Shown: positions 23,117 to 32,375 of the stretch, piece after piece
How positions within the stretch are numbered: the stretch's first letter is position 1
Layout: each line of letters begins with the position of its first letter
Assembly (NCBI GenBank): GCA_041691155.1
Contig: JBEPVD010000011.1
Location: 636 to 64,635, forward strand
Direction of reading: 5' to 3'
Source: Candidatus Dormiibacterota bacterium
GTDB lineage: Bacteria; Chloroflexota; Dormibacteria; Aeolococcales; Aeolococcaceae
Length of the DNA stretch: 64,000 nt
Translations under genes and position numbers: made by a program
The notes under the pieces: model-generated
What the model was told of the DNA's origin: nothing
What the model saw: the letters and a program-made list of their open reading frames with translations, nothing else
Database searches by the model: none

Positions 23117-23784
23117 GCTGGCTCTCCTTCAAGCTCTCGTTGCACCAACTCAGTAAGGAGGTGATAGAGCGTCATCTGCACCTCTTGAATACGATGGACA
23201 CTGCTGGATCGGACGATGAAGCACTGGTCCGCGCTCTGCTCGCGAGCGAGACGGCCACCGTCGTAGCCACAGATCGCGATCGTGTAGAGACCACGACTGC
23301 GCGCCTCGCTCAATCCGCGCACGAGATTCTCCGAGTTGCCGCTCGCGGACACGGCGACGGCGACGTCCTGCGGCCGCGCCAGCGCAATCAACTGCCTGAC
23401 GAAAATATCATTGAATCCGACGTCATTGCCAACTCCTGTGACCACCGCGACGTCATTGGTGAGGCAGAGCGCAGGAATGGGCCGCACGCCGGGCGCCGGC
23501 CACAACATCTCGGTCACCATGTCGGCCGCGGACGTGGCGCTGCCGCCGTTTCCCAGTCCCAGCAGGCGTCCGCCGCGACGGAAACGATCTGCCATCTCCA
23601 TCGCCGCGACCACGACGCGGTCACCGAACTCGTCGAGCAACTCGAGGCGCAGCCGGTTGCTTTCGGCCGATTTCTCGAGTGGGGCGCGGGCAAGTTCGGC
23701 GATCACGTCCTCGCCGACCGCCGGTTGCGCGCTCAGCATGGGATAGAGCAGCTGCGAGAAGGGATCGCGCCCGGTGTCAGTCAC
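23107..23784 (-). CDS. SIS-domain protein (GmhA-like)
   Basis: GNGGSATSA, GNDVGF, SASGNSEN, HRIQE. Confidence 0.85.
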   Translation of the reverse strand: MTDTGRDPFSQLLYPMLSAQPAVGEDVIAELARAPLEKSAESNRLRLELLDEFGDRVVVAAMEMADRFRRGGRLLGLGNGGSATSAADMVTEMLWPAPGVRPIPALCLTNDVAVVTGVGNDVGFNDIFVRQLIALARPQDVAVAVSASGNSENLVRGLSEARSRGLYTIAICGYDGGRLAREQSADQCFIVRSSSVHRIQEVQMTLYHLLTELVQRELEGEPACA

Positions 23785-24008
23785 GCCCCGACCTCAGCGA
23801 GTGACCCACGCTGGAGCGCCACACCGCCGTGGCAGAGCAGCACTTCCCCAATCGTCACGGCGTCGAGCAACTCGATGCTGACCTCGGCGGGCGACCCGTC
23901 GATGGTTCCGCGTGCGCTTCCGGCAGATGCATCGACCTGCGTGACGGTGAACTCGAGCAGCTGATCCGAACACGTGATGCAGACCTCGTCGTGGCACTCA
24001 ACGCTCAT
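23781..24008 (-). CDS. HypC/HupF-like protein with internal CxxC
   Basis: CHDEVCITCSD...IGEVLLCHGGVAL. Confidence 0.75.
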   Translation of the reverse strand: MSVECHDEVCITCSDQLLEFTVTQVDASAGSARGTIDGSPAEVSIELLDAVTIGEVLLCHGGVALQRGSLAEVGA

Positions 24009-24640
24009 GAGCCGTCTCCAATGCCGCGGTGGTTGAGCACGATATGCACGAGCTCCCAGAGCATGTGGTAGGTCGCGAGATGGAGCTCATGTGCGGTGCC
24101 GCGGTCGGTGCCCGGCACATGAAACGCGAACTCGGCGAGGTCGGTGCTGTGCTCGAAGTCACCGGAGGTCAGCGACACGGTCAGCATGCCGCCGTCGGCG
24201 GCCGCCCGCATCGCCCGTGCGATCGATGGATGCAGCGGGGCATGTGCGAAACCGAGTGCGATATCGCCGCGTCTCCCGAGGACTCGCAGTTGATGGGCAT
24301 AGACGTCTGCTGCTTCCTCGCTTTGCAGCATTGCGGTGACGGTGCCGATATCGTTGGTCAGGGCCAGTGACGGGAGTGCCCGGCATCCAGGCAGTACCGG
24401 ATGCACATATTCCACGGCGTTGTGCTGCGCGTCGGTCGCGTGCGGACCCGACCCGAACACAAGCAGCGTGGCGCCCATGAAAAAGCGATCCGCCATCGCG
24501 GCCGCGCACGCGGCGATGGCCCGCGCGTTCTGTGCGAAGAATGCCTCGCCTGCCTGGTTGGAGCGCTCGATGCGCTGAGCCACGAAACCGCGGTCGGCGC
24601 CAGGCAGGGCATCGCGCGCTGGCTCCATGGCAACAATCAT
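24005..24640 (-). CDS. Second SIS-domain protein (divergent GmhA-like)
   Basis: TDAQHNAVEYVHP, ALTND, YHMLWELVH; lacks the S-x-SG-x-S loop. Confidence 0.8.
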   Translation of the reverse strand: MIVAMEPARDALPGADRGFVAQRIERSNQAGEAFFAQNARAIAACAAAMADRFFMGATLLVFGSGPHATDAQHNAVEYVHPVLPGCRALPSLALTNDIGTVTAMLQSEEAADVYAHQLRVLGRRGDIALGFAHAPLHPSIARAMRAAADGGMLTVSLTSGDFEHSTDLAEFAFHVPGTDRGTAHELHLATYHMLWELVHIVLNHRGIGDGS

Positions 24641-24641
24641 G

Positions 24642-27008
24642 TCAGGCAGCCTCCTCCGCTCGGGACGCGGCAACCAGCGCCTGTCCGAGGCTGAGCCCAC
24701 CGTCGTTGGCGGGCACCTCGTGATTTGAGAAAACCTGCAGATCCCGCTCGCCGAGCAACTGTTCGACACGTGCCAGCAGCAGGGCATTTTGAAAGACGCC
24801 ACCGCTCAGCGCAACACGAGCCACAGCAAGCTCCGCCGCGAGTCGCATGCACGCCGCGGCGATCGCATGCGCCACGCTCTCGTGAAACAGTGCGGCCAGC
24901 TCGCCGGCCGGTCTGCCTCGGTCGCGCTCCTGCGCGAGCCGCGCGACCAGACCAACCGTGTCGAGCACGAGCGGCGATCCCTGGAGACCGACATCCAGTC
25001 GCTGCCCAGTCGCGCCGTCGCCACCGGTTGCCGCCAGCGCCTCGAGACGCATCGCAGCCTCGGCCTCGAAGCTCGACACCTGCGCGATCCCCAGAAGGCT
25101 TGCGACCGCGTCGAAAAGACGGCCGGCGCTGGTGCTGACGGGCGCTGCCGACGGGGAGAGCGCGAGCCTCGAGACCAGCCGCCACGCACGGTCAGTCGGC
25201 GCGTCAACGGAGTCGCGGATCCAGCGAGGCGGGGTGTCGCGCAGCGCGCCGGAGGCGGCCAGGTACGCGATCGCCATGCGCCACCCCTCACGAGCGCACG
25301 CGTCCCCTCCGGGCTGGCGAACGGCCGCGATGTGACCGACTCGTCGGTACGAGCGCTCGTCGCAGAGCAGAAATTCGCCGCCCCAGATGGACTGATCGGG
25401 TCCGATGCCGACACCGTCGAATGCCACGCCCAGCACGCTCCCGCGAAGGTCGTGCTCGGCCAGCACGCTCGCGATGTGCGCGTGATGGTGTTGGACGCGC
25501 ACCGGTCGCGCACCGCCGTCCCAGTACGCCTCGGCCAAACGTGTCGACGCGTAGTCCGGATGCAGGTCAGCAGCCACGACATCGGGGTCCGCGCGGAACA
25601 GGTGCAGGTAGGTGGCGAGCGCCTCGCCGTGATGGGCGAGCGTCTGCGGGCTGTCCAGGTCGCCGACGTGCGGGCCGGTGAACGCGTTGCCATCTTTGAT
25701 GATGCAGAAGGTGTTCTTGAGGTGTGCACCGAGGGCGAGCACGGTGCTCTTGCCCACCGGAACGCGTACCGGCAACGGAGAAAACCCACGGGCGCGCCGG
25801 ATCATGCGCTGGGTGCCGCCCACCACGCGCAGCACCGAGTCGTCGTAGCGCGCGTGGATGTCGCGGTCGTGCAGCAGGAACTTGTCAGCAATCTGACCGA
25901 GACGCGCGACCGCCTCGTCGTTGTCGCGAGCAATGGGCTCCTCGCTCCGGTTGCCGCTCGTCATCACCAAGGGTGCACCGACCGCGCGCAACAGGAGGTG
26001 GTGCATCGGCGTGTATGGGAGCATCACGCCGAGTTCGTGCAGTCCAGGCGCAACCGAATCCGCGATAGCGCTCTCCACCTGGTCCGCCCGGAGCCGCAAG
26101 AGCACGATCGGTCGCGTCGAGCCCTCGAGCAGTGCCGCCTCCTCGCCCGACAGGTGGCAGAGGGCGCGCACGTCGTCCAGGTTCGGGAACATGACTGCGA
26201 ACGGCTTGGCGGGGCGGCACTTCCGCGCACGCAAACGCAATACCGTCGCTTCGTCTTCGGCGCTGCATGAGAGCTGGAATCCCCCCAAGCCTTTGAGCGC
26301 GATCACTTCGCCGCGCGCGAGCGCTGCGGCCGTGCCGGCGATCGGCTCGTCAGCGAGAGCCGTGCCCCGTGCGTCGGCAAGCCAGAGGCGCGGCCCGCAG
26401 TCCGGGCAGGCGTTCGGCTGCGCATGAAACCTGCGATCGGCAGGGTCGTCGTATTCCCGCCGGCAGGCCGCACACATCGTGAAGTGCCGCATGGTGGTGA
26501 ACCGCCGGTCGTAGGGGACGTCCTCGATGATCGTGAACCGCGGTCCGCAGTCGGTGCAGTTCGTGAACGGATAGCCGAAGCGGCGATTCTCCGGCGACAT
26601 GATGTCGGCGAGGCAGTCGGGGCACGTTGCCGCATCGGGCGCGATCGGTTGGTACTCGCCGTCGACGGCGCGACTCTCCACGATCCGAAATTGGGTATCG
26701 CCCACCGAATCCATCGCCCGCAACTCCACCGTGTCGATGCGTGCCAGCCGAGGCGCCTCGTCACGCAGCGCGCGGGCAAAGACATCGACCACGACGGCCG
26801 CACCCTCGACCTCGATGATCACGGCCCCGGACGTGTTGCATACGAAGCCGCGCAGCCCGAGCCGGTGTGCCAGGTTCCACACGAAGGGTCGGAAACCAAC
26901 GCCTTGCACGACACCGCGCACGGTGAATCGCCACCGGGACACGCCACCGCTTTCGGGCGGTGTCGTGACCGGCAGTGTGACCGCCAGCGGCGAGGTGGCA
27001 AGGCTCAC
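24642..27008 (-). CDS. hypF: Carbamoyltransferase HypF
   Basis: VQGVGFRP, CPDC/CTDC/CAAC/CPDC zinc fingers, QHHHAH, DGGLSLGQ. Confidence 0.96.
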   Translation of the reverse strand: MSLATSPLAVTLPVTTPPESGGVSRWRFTVRGVVQGVGFRPFVWNLAHRLGLRGFVCNTSGAVIIEVEGAAVVVDVFARALRDEAPRLARIDTVELRAMDSVGDTQFRIVESRAVDGEYQPIAPDAATCPDCLADIMSPENRRFGYPFTNCTDCGPRFTIIEDVPYDRRFTTMRHFTMCAACRREYDDPADRRFHAQPNACPDCGPRLWLADARGTALADEPIAGTAAALARGEVIALKGLGGFQLSCSAEDEATVLRLRARKCRPAKPFAVMFPNLDDVRALCHLSGEEAALLEGSTRPIVLLRLRADQVESAIADSVAPGLHELGVMLPYTPMHHLLLRAVGAPLVMTSGNRSEEPIARDNDEAVARLGQIADKFLLHDRDIHARYDDSVLRVVGGTQRMIRRARGFSPLPVRVPVGKSTVLALGAHLKNTFCIIKDGNAFTGPHVGDLDSPQTLAHHGEALATYLHLFRADPDVVAADLHPDYASTRLAEAYWDGGARPVRVQHHHAHIASVLAEHDLRGSVLGVAFDGVGIGPDQSIWGGEFLLCDERSYRRVGHIAAVRQPGGDACAREGWRMAIAYLAASGALRDTPPRWIRDSVDAPTDRAWRLVSRLALSPSAAPVSTSAGRLFDAVASLLGIAQVSSFEAEAAMRLEALAATGGDGATGQRLDVGLQGSPLVLDTVGLVARLAQERDRGRPAGELAALFHESVAHAIAAACMRLAAELAVARVALSGGVFQNALLLARVEQLLGERDLQVFSNHEVPANDGGLSLGQALVAASRAEEAA

Positions 27009-27012
27009 GACA

Positions 27013-27207
27013 TCACGCGGCCCGCAACTGGTCCGCCGTGTTGCTGAATCGCTCTTCGAGGAATCCCGTCGCCAGACTGACCACCATCTGCACGTCCTCG
27101 CGGGCGGCAAATTTCTTGGCAGTGTCGACGAGCTCGTCGAAGCGTTCCTTGCCGGCGCGCGTGCCCAGCACGTAGCCGATACTGAAGATCACGAGTTTCT
27201 CAAGCAT
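27013..27207 (-). CDS. Small protein with N-terminal hydrophobic segment
   Basis: 64 aa MLEKLVIFSIGYVLGTRAGKERFDEL; in operon; purine-rich RBS. Confidence 0.7.
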   Translation of the reverse strand: MLEKLVIFSIGYVLGTRAGKERFDELVDTAKKFAAREDVQMVVSLATGFLEERFSNTADQLRAA

Positions 27208-27234
27208 GTGCTTCCACTCCAGATGCCGTTCTTG

Positions 27235-27747
27235 CTATGTCTGCAGTTCAGCCACGATGTGGACGGTCAAATCCACATCCGGTTCCACCTTCAGGATGAT
27301 CAGACGCGGCGGATCGATCCCGAAGTCCTTGACGTTGATGACCTGCTGACCGTCGATGGTCATCGTCGTTCCGTCGACGTGCAGCGTGAGGTCTCCACTG
27401 ATCTCCCGCGTCTGGCCGTGCATGGTCAGCTGGGCCACCGCACGATAGTGACCCTGGCTTTCCAACGCTTCGCCTTTGGTCACGCGCGCGTTGATGGTCG
27501 GATAGCGCCCCACGTCGAAACGCCGCCGCATCTCGCGGTCCTGGATACCGTTCCCCGACTTGATGGCGTCCACCGGCAGCGCGAGATCCGCGCTGTACGG
27601 TTGGTCGAGGCGCGGCTGCCCCTGGTCGTCGACCTCGCACTCGATCACGCCGGTGAGCGCGTTGGCATCGACGTGCGACGGGTGAAGGTTGATTCTGAGC
27701 CCGACCTTCACCGACGACTTGTTGGTGTTGACGCGGAACTTTGGCAC
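27235..27747 (-). CDS. YceI-family polyisoprenoid/quinone-binding protein, no signal peptide
   Basis: SGNGIQDREMR, RYPTI, LTMHGQTREI, DFGI motifs. Confidence 0.82.
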   Translation of the reverse strand: MPKFRVNTNKSSVKVGLRINLHPSHVDANALTGVIECEVDDQGQPRLDQPYSADLALPVDAIKSGNGIQDREMRRRFDVGRYPTINARVTKGEALESQGHYRAVAQLTMHGQTREISGDLTLHVDGTTMTIDGQQVINVKDFGIDPPRLIILKVEPDVDLTVHIVAELQT

Positions 27748-27766
27748 GGTTGGCTATCGAGCTCCC

Positions 27767-27898
27767 TTACATCGCGCGGATCTTGAGATACCGCTGAATA
27801 TCCTTCGAGTTGAGCACTGCGCCGATGATCGCCCCGAGTACGAGCCACTGAACCAGCGTGCGCAGTCCGCCGTTCGATTTGCCGAGCATCAGAGACAT
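27767..27898 (-). CDS. 43-aa single-TM small protein (DUF6893-like), absent from the ORF track
   Basis: MSLMLGKSNGGLRTLVQWLVLGAIIGAVLNSKDIQRYLKIRAM; RBS AAGGAGG; fills the operon gap. Confidence 0.75.
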   Translation of the reverse strand: MSLMLGKSNGGLRTLVQWLVLGAIIGAVLNSKDIQRYLKIRAM

Positions 27899-28261
27899 CT
27901 AGGCTCCTCCTTGTGCCTGTAGCGGTGTGACCGACGCCGATGGGGCGTCGTGATGGCTGGAATGCGCGTGTGCGTGCGGCGGTTCGACCACTTCGGCACC
28001 GGGACGTCGAAGCACCATCGGGGGATCGCCGCCGAGCTCGACTTCATCGATCAGAACGGTGACGCCGGGAACCACGACGCACTGCAGCCTGGCCCCTTCG
28101 CACTGTGTTCCCTCGGCGAGCAACTGGAAACTGAACTCCAGGCTGTCCGAGGCGATGCGTTGCTCCTGGCCGACGCGCACCACGATGCGGGTGACCGCAC
28201 GCTCTCCTGCCATATCGGCGACGGTGCTGAAGATCCCTTGCGCAAGGCCCATCTCGTGCAT
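27899..28261 (-). CDS. hypA: HypA-like nickel chaperone lacking the zinc finger
   Basis: MHE N-terminus, VRVG, SLEFSF, EGARL; no CxxC pairs; His-rich tail HAHAHSSHH. Confidence 0.8.
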   Translation of the reverse strand: MHEMGLAQGIFSTVADMAGERAVTRIVVRVGQEQRIASDSLEFSFQLLAEGTQCEGARLQCVVVPGVTVLIDEVELGGDPPMVLRRPGAEVVEPPHAHAHSSHHDAPSASVTPLQAQGGA

Positions 28262-28779
28262 CAGCCGGCACTCGCGATCGGCACGAGCCGACCAAGCAGT
28301 TGCTCGACGACGGCGATGGCTTCGGGCACTGCCTGCGCAACCGCTTCGCTGAGGCCCATCTGCCCTTCGTTCTCCGGACCGAACGTCAGGGGCTCGCATC
28401 CGACCACCGTGACGTTGGTGGGCGTGCCGCCAAGTGTGCGCACCAGCGCGAACACCGAGTCCGGGGTCATGGCGTGCCCTTGAAACGAACCGTCGGCGTG
28501 GTCGGGTGCGATAGCCGCTCCATCGGCATCGAGATCCGGCTCGAGGACGTAGACCGTGCCGGGCGCTTCGCCACGCTGCATCGCATCGACGAGGATCGTC
28601 GCGTCCGGGTTGTCGAGGAGTGCGAACGCAAGGTCGAAGCCGCGAATGCCGAAGTCGATCACCCGGACTCCGTCAGGCTGCGGTCGACGCGACAGCTGTT
28701 GCGCGACCTCGACGCCAAACGCGTCGTCGCCGAGAAAGATGTTGCCGATCCCGGCCACAAGCACATTGCGCTCAGCCAT
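28261..28779 (-). CDS. Hydrogenase maturation protease
   Basis: AGIGNIFLGDDAFG, DFGIRG, ILVDA, HAMTP, VGCEP. Confidence 0.92.
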   Translation of the reverse strand: MAERNVLVAGIGNIFLGDDAFGVEVAQQLSRRPQPDGVRVIDFGIRGFDLAFALLDNPDATILVDAMQRGEAPGTVYVLEPDLDADGAAIAPDHADGSFQGHAMTPDSVFALVRTLGGTPTNVTVVGCEPLTFGPENEGQMGLSEAVAQAVPEAIAVVEQLLGRLVPIASAG

Positions 28780-29104
28780 CGGTCTCGCCTCCGACGCCGT
28801 TCACTGGTTCGATGTCCTCGAGGCTGAAGAAGAACCGGTGGCCGGGCTGGCGCAACGCCCCGAGATCCTTCCCAGGGTCGTCGTCGACCAGGACTGCGAC
28901 GTGAATGACGTCCTCGTAGTCACGCTCAATCGACTCCACGATAGCGGTGCGCCCGTTGAGGACCATGTCCATGATGTCGGCGCGCCGCCGGGGCCGCATG
29001 CGAACACGATCACCGCGATGCAACTCGCCATCGCCCCAGCGCACCGACTCGGTGGCGGTATCGGCGCCTGCCGGGTCCCAGAGCCCGAGATCGAACTCCT
29101 TCAT
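28772..29104 (-). CDS. Group 1h hydrogenase accessory protein (SH3-like)
   Basis: GDRVRMRPRRRADIMD...DDPGKDL...FFFSLEDIEP; translationally coupled in the operon. Confidence 0.75.
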   Translation of the reverse strand: MKEFDLGLWDPAGADTATESVRWGDGELHRGDRVRMRPRRRADIMDMVLNGRTAIVESIERDYEDVIHVAVLVDDDPGKDLGALRQPGHRFFFSLEDIEPVNGVGGETDG

Positions 29105-30165
29105 CGCTGCCCCCGTCCAACCGGACGGATCTCTCGGATGGTTCCGTGCATCCGCATCAGGTCCTCGCCGGTGAGCGCTTCGGTGCGATCCAGCAGGGCG
29201 CGAGCGCGACCATCGGCGGCGCGCATCTCTGCCTTTTCATCGTCGGTGAGCGCAAGAATCCGCAGGCTGAGAATCTCATCGATCTCGGTCGCATCAAAGA
29301 GGTCCCCGGACGACTCCGGCGCCACCTGCGGGTGGTCCTCGAGAATGATCGGCGAGGCCAGGATCGTGTCCGAATCGCCAGGCTCACCGACGAGCACCGG
29401 CCAGAGGCCTGTGTTGCGACATCCGGCCGCAGCGTCGACCGCGTCCGCAGGCGGATCGGCAAGGGAGAGCCACTCGCCACGCTCGGTGACGAGGATCGCG
29501 TGGGTGGAAATCAGCGAGCTGCACAGCGCGCGCTCTCGGTCGCGGTCCCCGGTGAGCGGGAACGCACCGGTGTTGCGCACGATCACTCGCAAGCGCACGA
29601 GCGCAGGCCCGACGCGCTCAGCGGCGATGGCAACCTCAGCTCCAAGTTGCACGCGCTCGCGGATCAGCGCGCCTGCGATGCACCCGTCCTCGTCGATGAG
29701 CGGCTCGATGGCCGAGGTCTCAGCGTGAAGGCTCTCCACCACGACTTCGCGCGCGAGGAGCGTCGCGACATCGTGGGCGCCGCAGTCGATGCTCAGCTCG
29801 GTTGCCTCCTCCCACCCGCGATGCGTCACCCCTGCCACACGCAACTCCGGGACGTCCTCCAGACGGCCGATCGCATCGGCGTCGAGCACGTGGCTCGACG
29901 GATCGAGTTTCATCACAGTTCTCGTCACCAGTTGCAGAAACCTGACCTGCACGCTCACCTGCGCCGTACCCGGGTCACGAAGCAGGCACTCGGTCTGAGC
30001 CGCCCATGGGTCGGTGCCACCTGACGCCTCGCTCCATGCGCGTGGATGCACCCCGCCAAACGTCCACCGGACTTGATTCTTGACCGACGACGGGCGGTAC
30101 GGGTAGAGGATGTAGCCCTCGTACAGCGTTGCCGCGACGATTCGGTCGAGCATGCTGGTCGTCAT
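29101..30165 (-). CDS. Group 1h hydrogenase accessory protein
   Basis: LYEGYILYPYR, RWTFGG, SPIILEDHPQVAPES, DATEIDEIL. Confidence 0.8.
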   Translation of the reverse strand: MTTSMLDRIVAATLYEGYILYPYRPSSVKNQVRWTFGGVHPRAWSEASGGTDPWAAQTECLLRDPGTAQVSVQVRFLQLVTRTVMKLDPSSHVLDADAIGRLEDVPELRVAGVTHRGWEEATELSIDCGAHDVATLLAREVVVESLHAETSAIEPLIDEDGCIAGALIRERVQLGAEVAIAAERVGPALVRLRVIVRNTGAFPLTGDRDRERALCSSLISTHAILVTERGEWLSLADPPADAVDAAAGCRNTGLWPVLVGEPGDSDTILASPIILEDHPQVAPESSGDLFDATEIDEILSLRILALTDDEKAEMRAADGRARALLDRTEALTGEDLMRMHGTIREIRPVGRGQR

Positions 30166-30824
30166 GCCGGCGGCCCGCTGATCGTCGGTCGATCCTCTGC
30201 GCTCGCGAGCAGGCGAGCCAGCGCCTCATCCCATCCTGGAACACCGGAATGAGCCTTGTAGCGATTGAGCCGGTCGACGGTGTCGCGACGCAGGCAGAGC
30301 CAGGCGCTGTCGGGGTCGTGTTCATCCATCAGCCCCCGCCAGGTGGAGACTGGGAGCCGGAACGCTGCCTCCTTGGACCACGGGATCGGCGCGACCTGCA
30401 GCTCCTCGTCCTCGTCGCGCCAGAAGATCGTGCCGCTGAACTGGAACATCAGTGGCACCTCGCCGTCCTGCAGCGCGAAGAAGTACTTGCCGGCACTGAT
30501 GGTGAGGTCGTGCGTGCACGGCACCGGGACGATCACGTCCGTCGACCCTGTGAAGCCTGAGACGTCGACGCTCGCGTGCGTCCAGAGCATCGTCTTCAGC
30601 GTGGTCCCCCAGCGCCCCGGCGTGCCGAACAGATCGAGCAACGCCTCCTGCTCGCCTGGCGCGTAGGTGCGGCGCGTGGCCTGCACCATGATCTGGCATC
30701 GGAGCGAGATCGAATCGACACGGCGACCTTCCCGCTCACGGATGGCGATGCGGAAGTTGAGAATCGGGATGAGCGTGTCGGGCTCAGCCCCGGCGGACAC
30801 CACTTCGAGATCCAGGTCAGGCAC
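30162..30824 (-). CDS. DUF6084-like hydrogenase accessory protein
   Basis: LRCQI, DLFGTPGRWG, VPCTHD, KYFFAL, FSGTIF, PWSKEA. Confidence 0.8.
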   Translation of the reverse strand: MPDLDLEVVSAGAEPDTLIPILNFRIAIREREGRRVDSISLRCQIMVQATRRTYAPGEQEALLDLFGTPGRWGTTLKTMLWTHASVDVSGFTGSTDVIVPVPCTHDLTISAGKYFFALQDGEVPLMFQFSGTIFWRDEDEELQVAPIPWSKEAAFRLPVSTWRGLMDEHDPDSAWLCLRRDTVDRLNRYKAHSGVPGWDEALARLLASAEDRPTISGPPA

Positions 30825-31446
30825 GGACCGCACCCTTCTCGGTTGCCACGCTGCGCATCTCGGTGAAGAAATCCGCGATGCGGTCCCAGACCTCCTGGCC
30901 ACCACTCAAACCGCGCCAGCTGATGCGGATCAGGCCCACCAACTCGAAGCACTTGTCAATCGGGGCGATGTAATGGTCGCGGGCCCCGCTCACGCGATTG
31001 ACGAGCAACGCCTCGACATCGGGCACCAGACCGGTGAGGATCGGGTTCTCCGCGATGATCTCGCCCCACCCGTCAAGCGTGAGCATCGATTCCGTCGCCC
31101 CGGCGGGACTGGGGTAATACGCGCGCACCGATCCTTCCGGTGATGTCGTGTGCAGGAAGGCCATGTTCACCGGAATGGACAGCCCTTCCCATTGCGCATC
31201 GCTGAATGCGAAACCGGACAGGTACCAGAGGCGGCGCGGGACGCGCCGGTAGCGCTTCTCCGCCTCAGGAGGAAACAGGATCGCGCACGGCGTGCACGTG
31301 CAGTGAATCTGCCGCGCCCCGGGCTCGAAAACGTGCTCGTGATGCGGGTGCGGAGACAGCTCCGCACTGCACAGCTCGCACCGCTCCGCGGGCGCCCGTT
31401 CGCGAATCAGCCCGCGAAGCCCGGAGAGCCGTGCGGCAGTGGTCAT
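30817..31446 (-). CDS. DUF5947-like hydrogenase accessory protein
   Basis: ERCELC, CTCTPCAILF, YPSPAGATES, PIDKCFELVG, WRGLSGG. Confidence 0.8.
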   Translation of the reverse strand: MTTAARLSGLRGLIRERAPAERCELCSAELSPHPHHEHVFEPGARQIHCTCTPCAILFPPEAEKRYRRVPRRLWYLSGFAFSDAQWEGLSIPVNMAFLHTTSPEGSVRAYYPSPAGATESMLTLDGWGEIIAENPILTGLVPDVEALLVNRVSGARDHYIAPIDKCFELVGLIRISWRGLSGGQEVWDRIADFFTEMRSVATEKGAVRA

Positions 31447-32375
31447 GACACCGGCGCCAAAACGGCGACACGGAGTACGCCGCTCTCCTCGAGCAGCGGC
31501 ATCGGCTCGATGCGGTGATCGGTCCCGATGCCGGCACCCGCACGACGGATGTCGTACCGGGTTGCGCACGTGCACACGAGAGCAGCGCCGTCCAGGGTGG
31601 CGCCTTCCATATCACCGGCACACGCCGGGCATGAGGCGACATACGCGTAAAACACATCCCCGGATCGGGCGATGAGCACCCCGCCTCCGTCAACAGTCGT
31701 GCGCAGGACCGTGCCGTTGCGAACGTCCGCCGACCGCGCGGCGAGCGTGACCCATTCGCCTGACGGTGCTGAGACCGGCAGTGGCATCACTTTCGGCGAC
31801 GGTCTCGCGACCATCGGGAGTGCCATCAGCCCCGGCATGCTCGGCGGCCCCGTCGGCGCCGCGTCAACCGGGTCGGCCACCTCGATGGCTACGACGTCGG
31901 GTGCCGCTTCGTAGATCGCCTTCTCCACCGCCAGTTTGAGGGTGACCATCGACGAAGGGCAGCTCTTGCAGTGACCTTCGAGGCGAATGCGCACGACGTC
32001 TCCCAGCACAGCGACGAGCTCCACCCCGCCGCCATGTGAGCGCATGTACGGACGCACCGACTCGAGCGCGCCCTCGACACGGGTGCGGAGATCGATCGGA
32101 TGCAATCCGTGCAGGAGCAACACGCCGCGGATGAGGTCGTCATCAGCCATGGCTCGCAACAAGCGATCCGCGGCCGCATCGCCGCGTGGGCCGAGTGCGT
32201 CGAGCATCCGTGAGAGGGCCTCACCATGCAGGTCGAGGACAGTCGAGAGCAAGTCTTCGACCTTGGCCCGTAACGCAAGGTCGGGGAGCTCTTGCAGCTC
32301 CCCGACCAGGGCGTCAATACGGGCTAGCCGTTTCTGGAGCTCGCGCTCCTCAACGATGCGGGCTCGCGCTGCCAT
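31443..32375 (-). CDS. NifU-domain Fe-S protein with C-terminal Rieske-like domain (HhyE-like)
   Basis: LHGLHP, VRPYMRSHGGGVEL, GHCKSCPSS; C-terminal CPAC and CTC. Confidence 0.82.
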   Translation of the reverse strand: MAARARIVEERELQKRLARIDALVGELQELPDLALRAKVEDLLSTVLDLHGEALSRMLDALGPRGDAAADRLLRAMADDDLIRGVLLLHGLHPIDLRTRVEGALESVRPYMRSHGGGVELVAVLGDVVRIRLEGHCKSCPSSMVTLKLAVEKAIYEAAPDVVAIEVADPVDAAPTGPPSMPGLMALPMVARPSPKVMPLPVSAPSGEWVTLAARSADVRNGTVLRTTVDGGGVLIARSGDVFYAYVASCPACAGDMEGATLDGAALVCTCATRYDIRRAGAGIGTDHRIEPMPLLEESGVLRVAVLAPVS

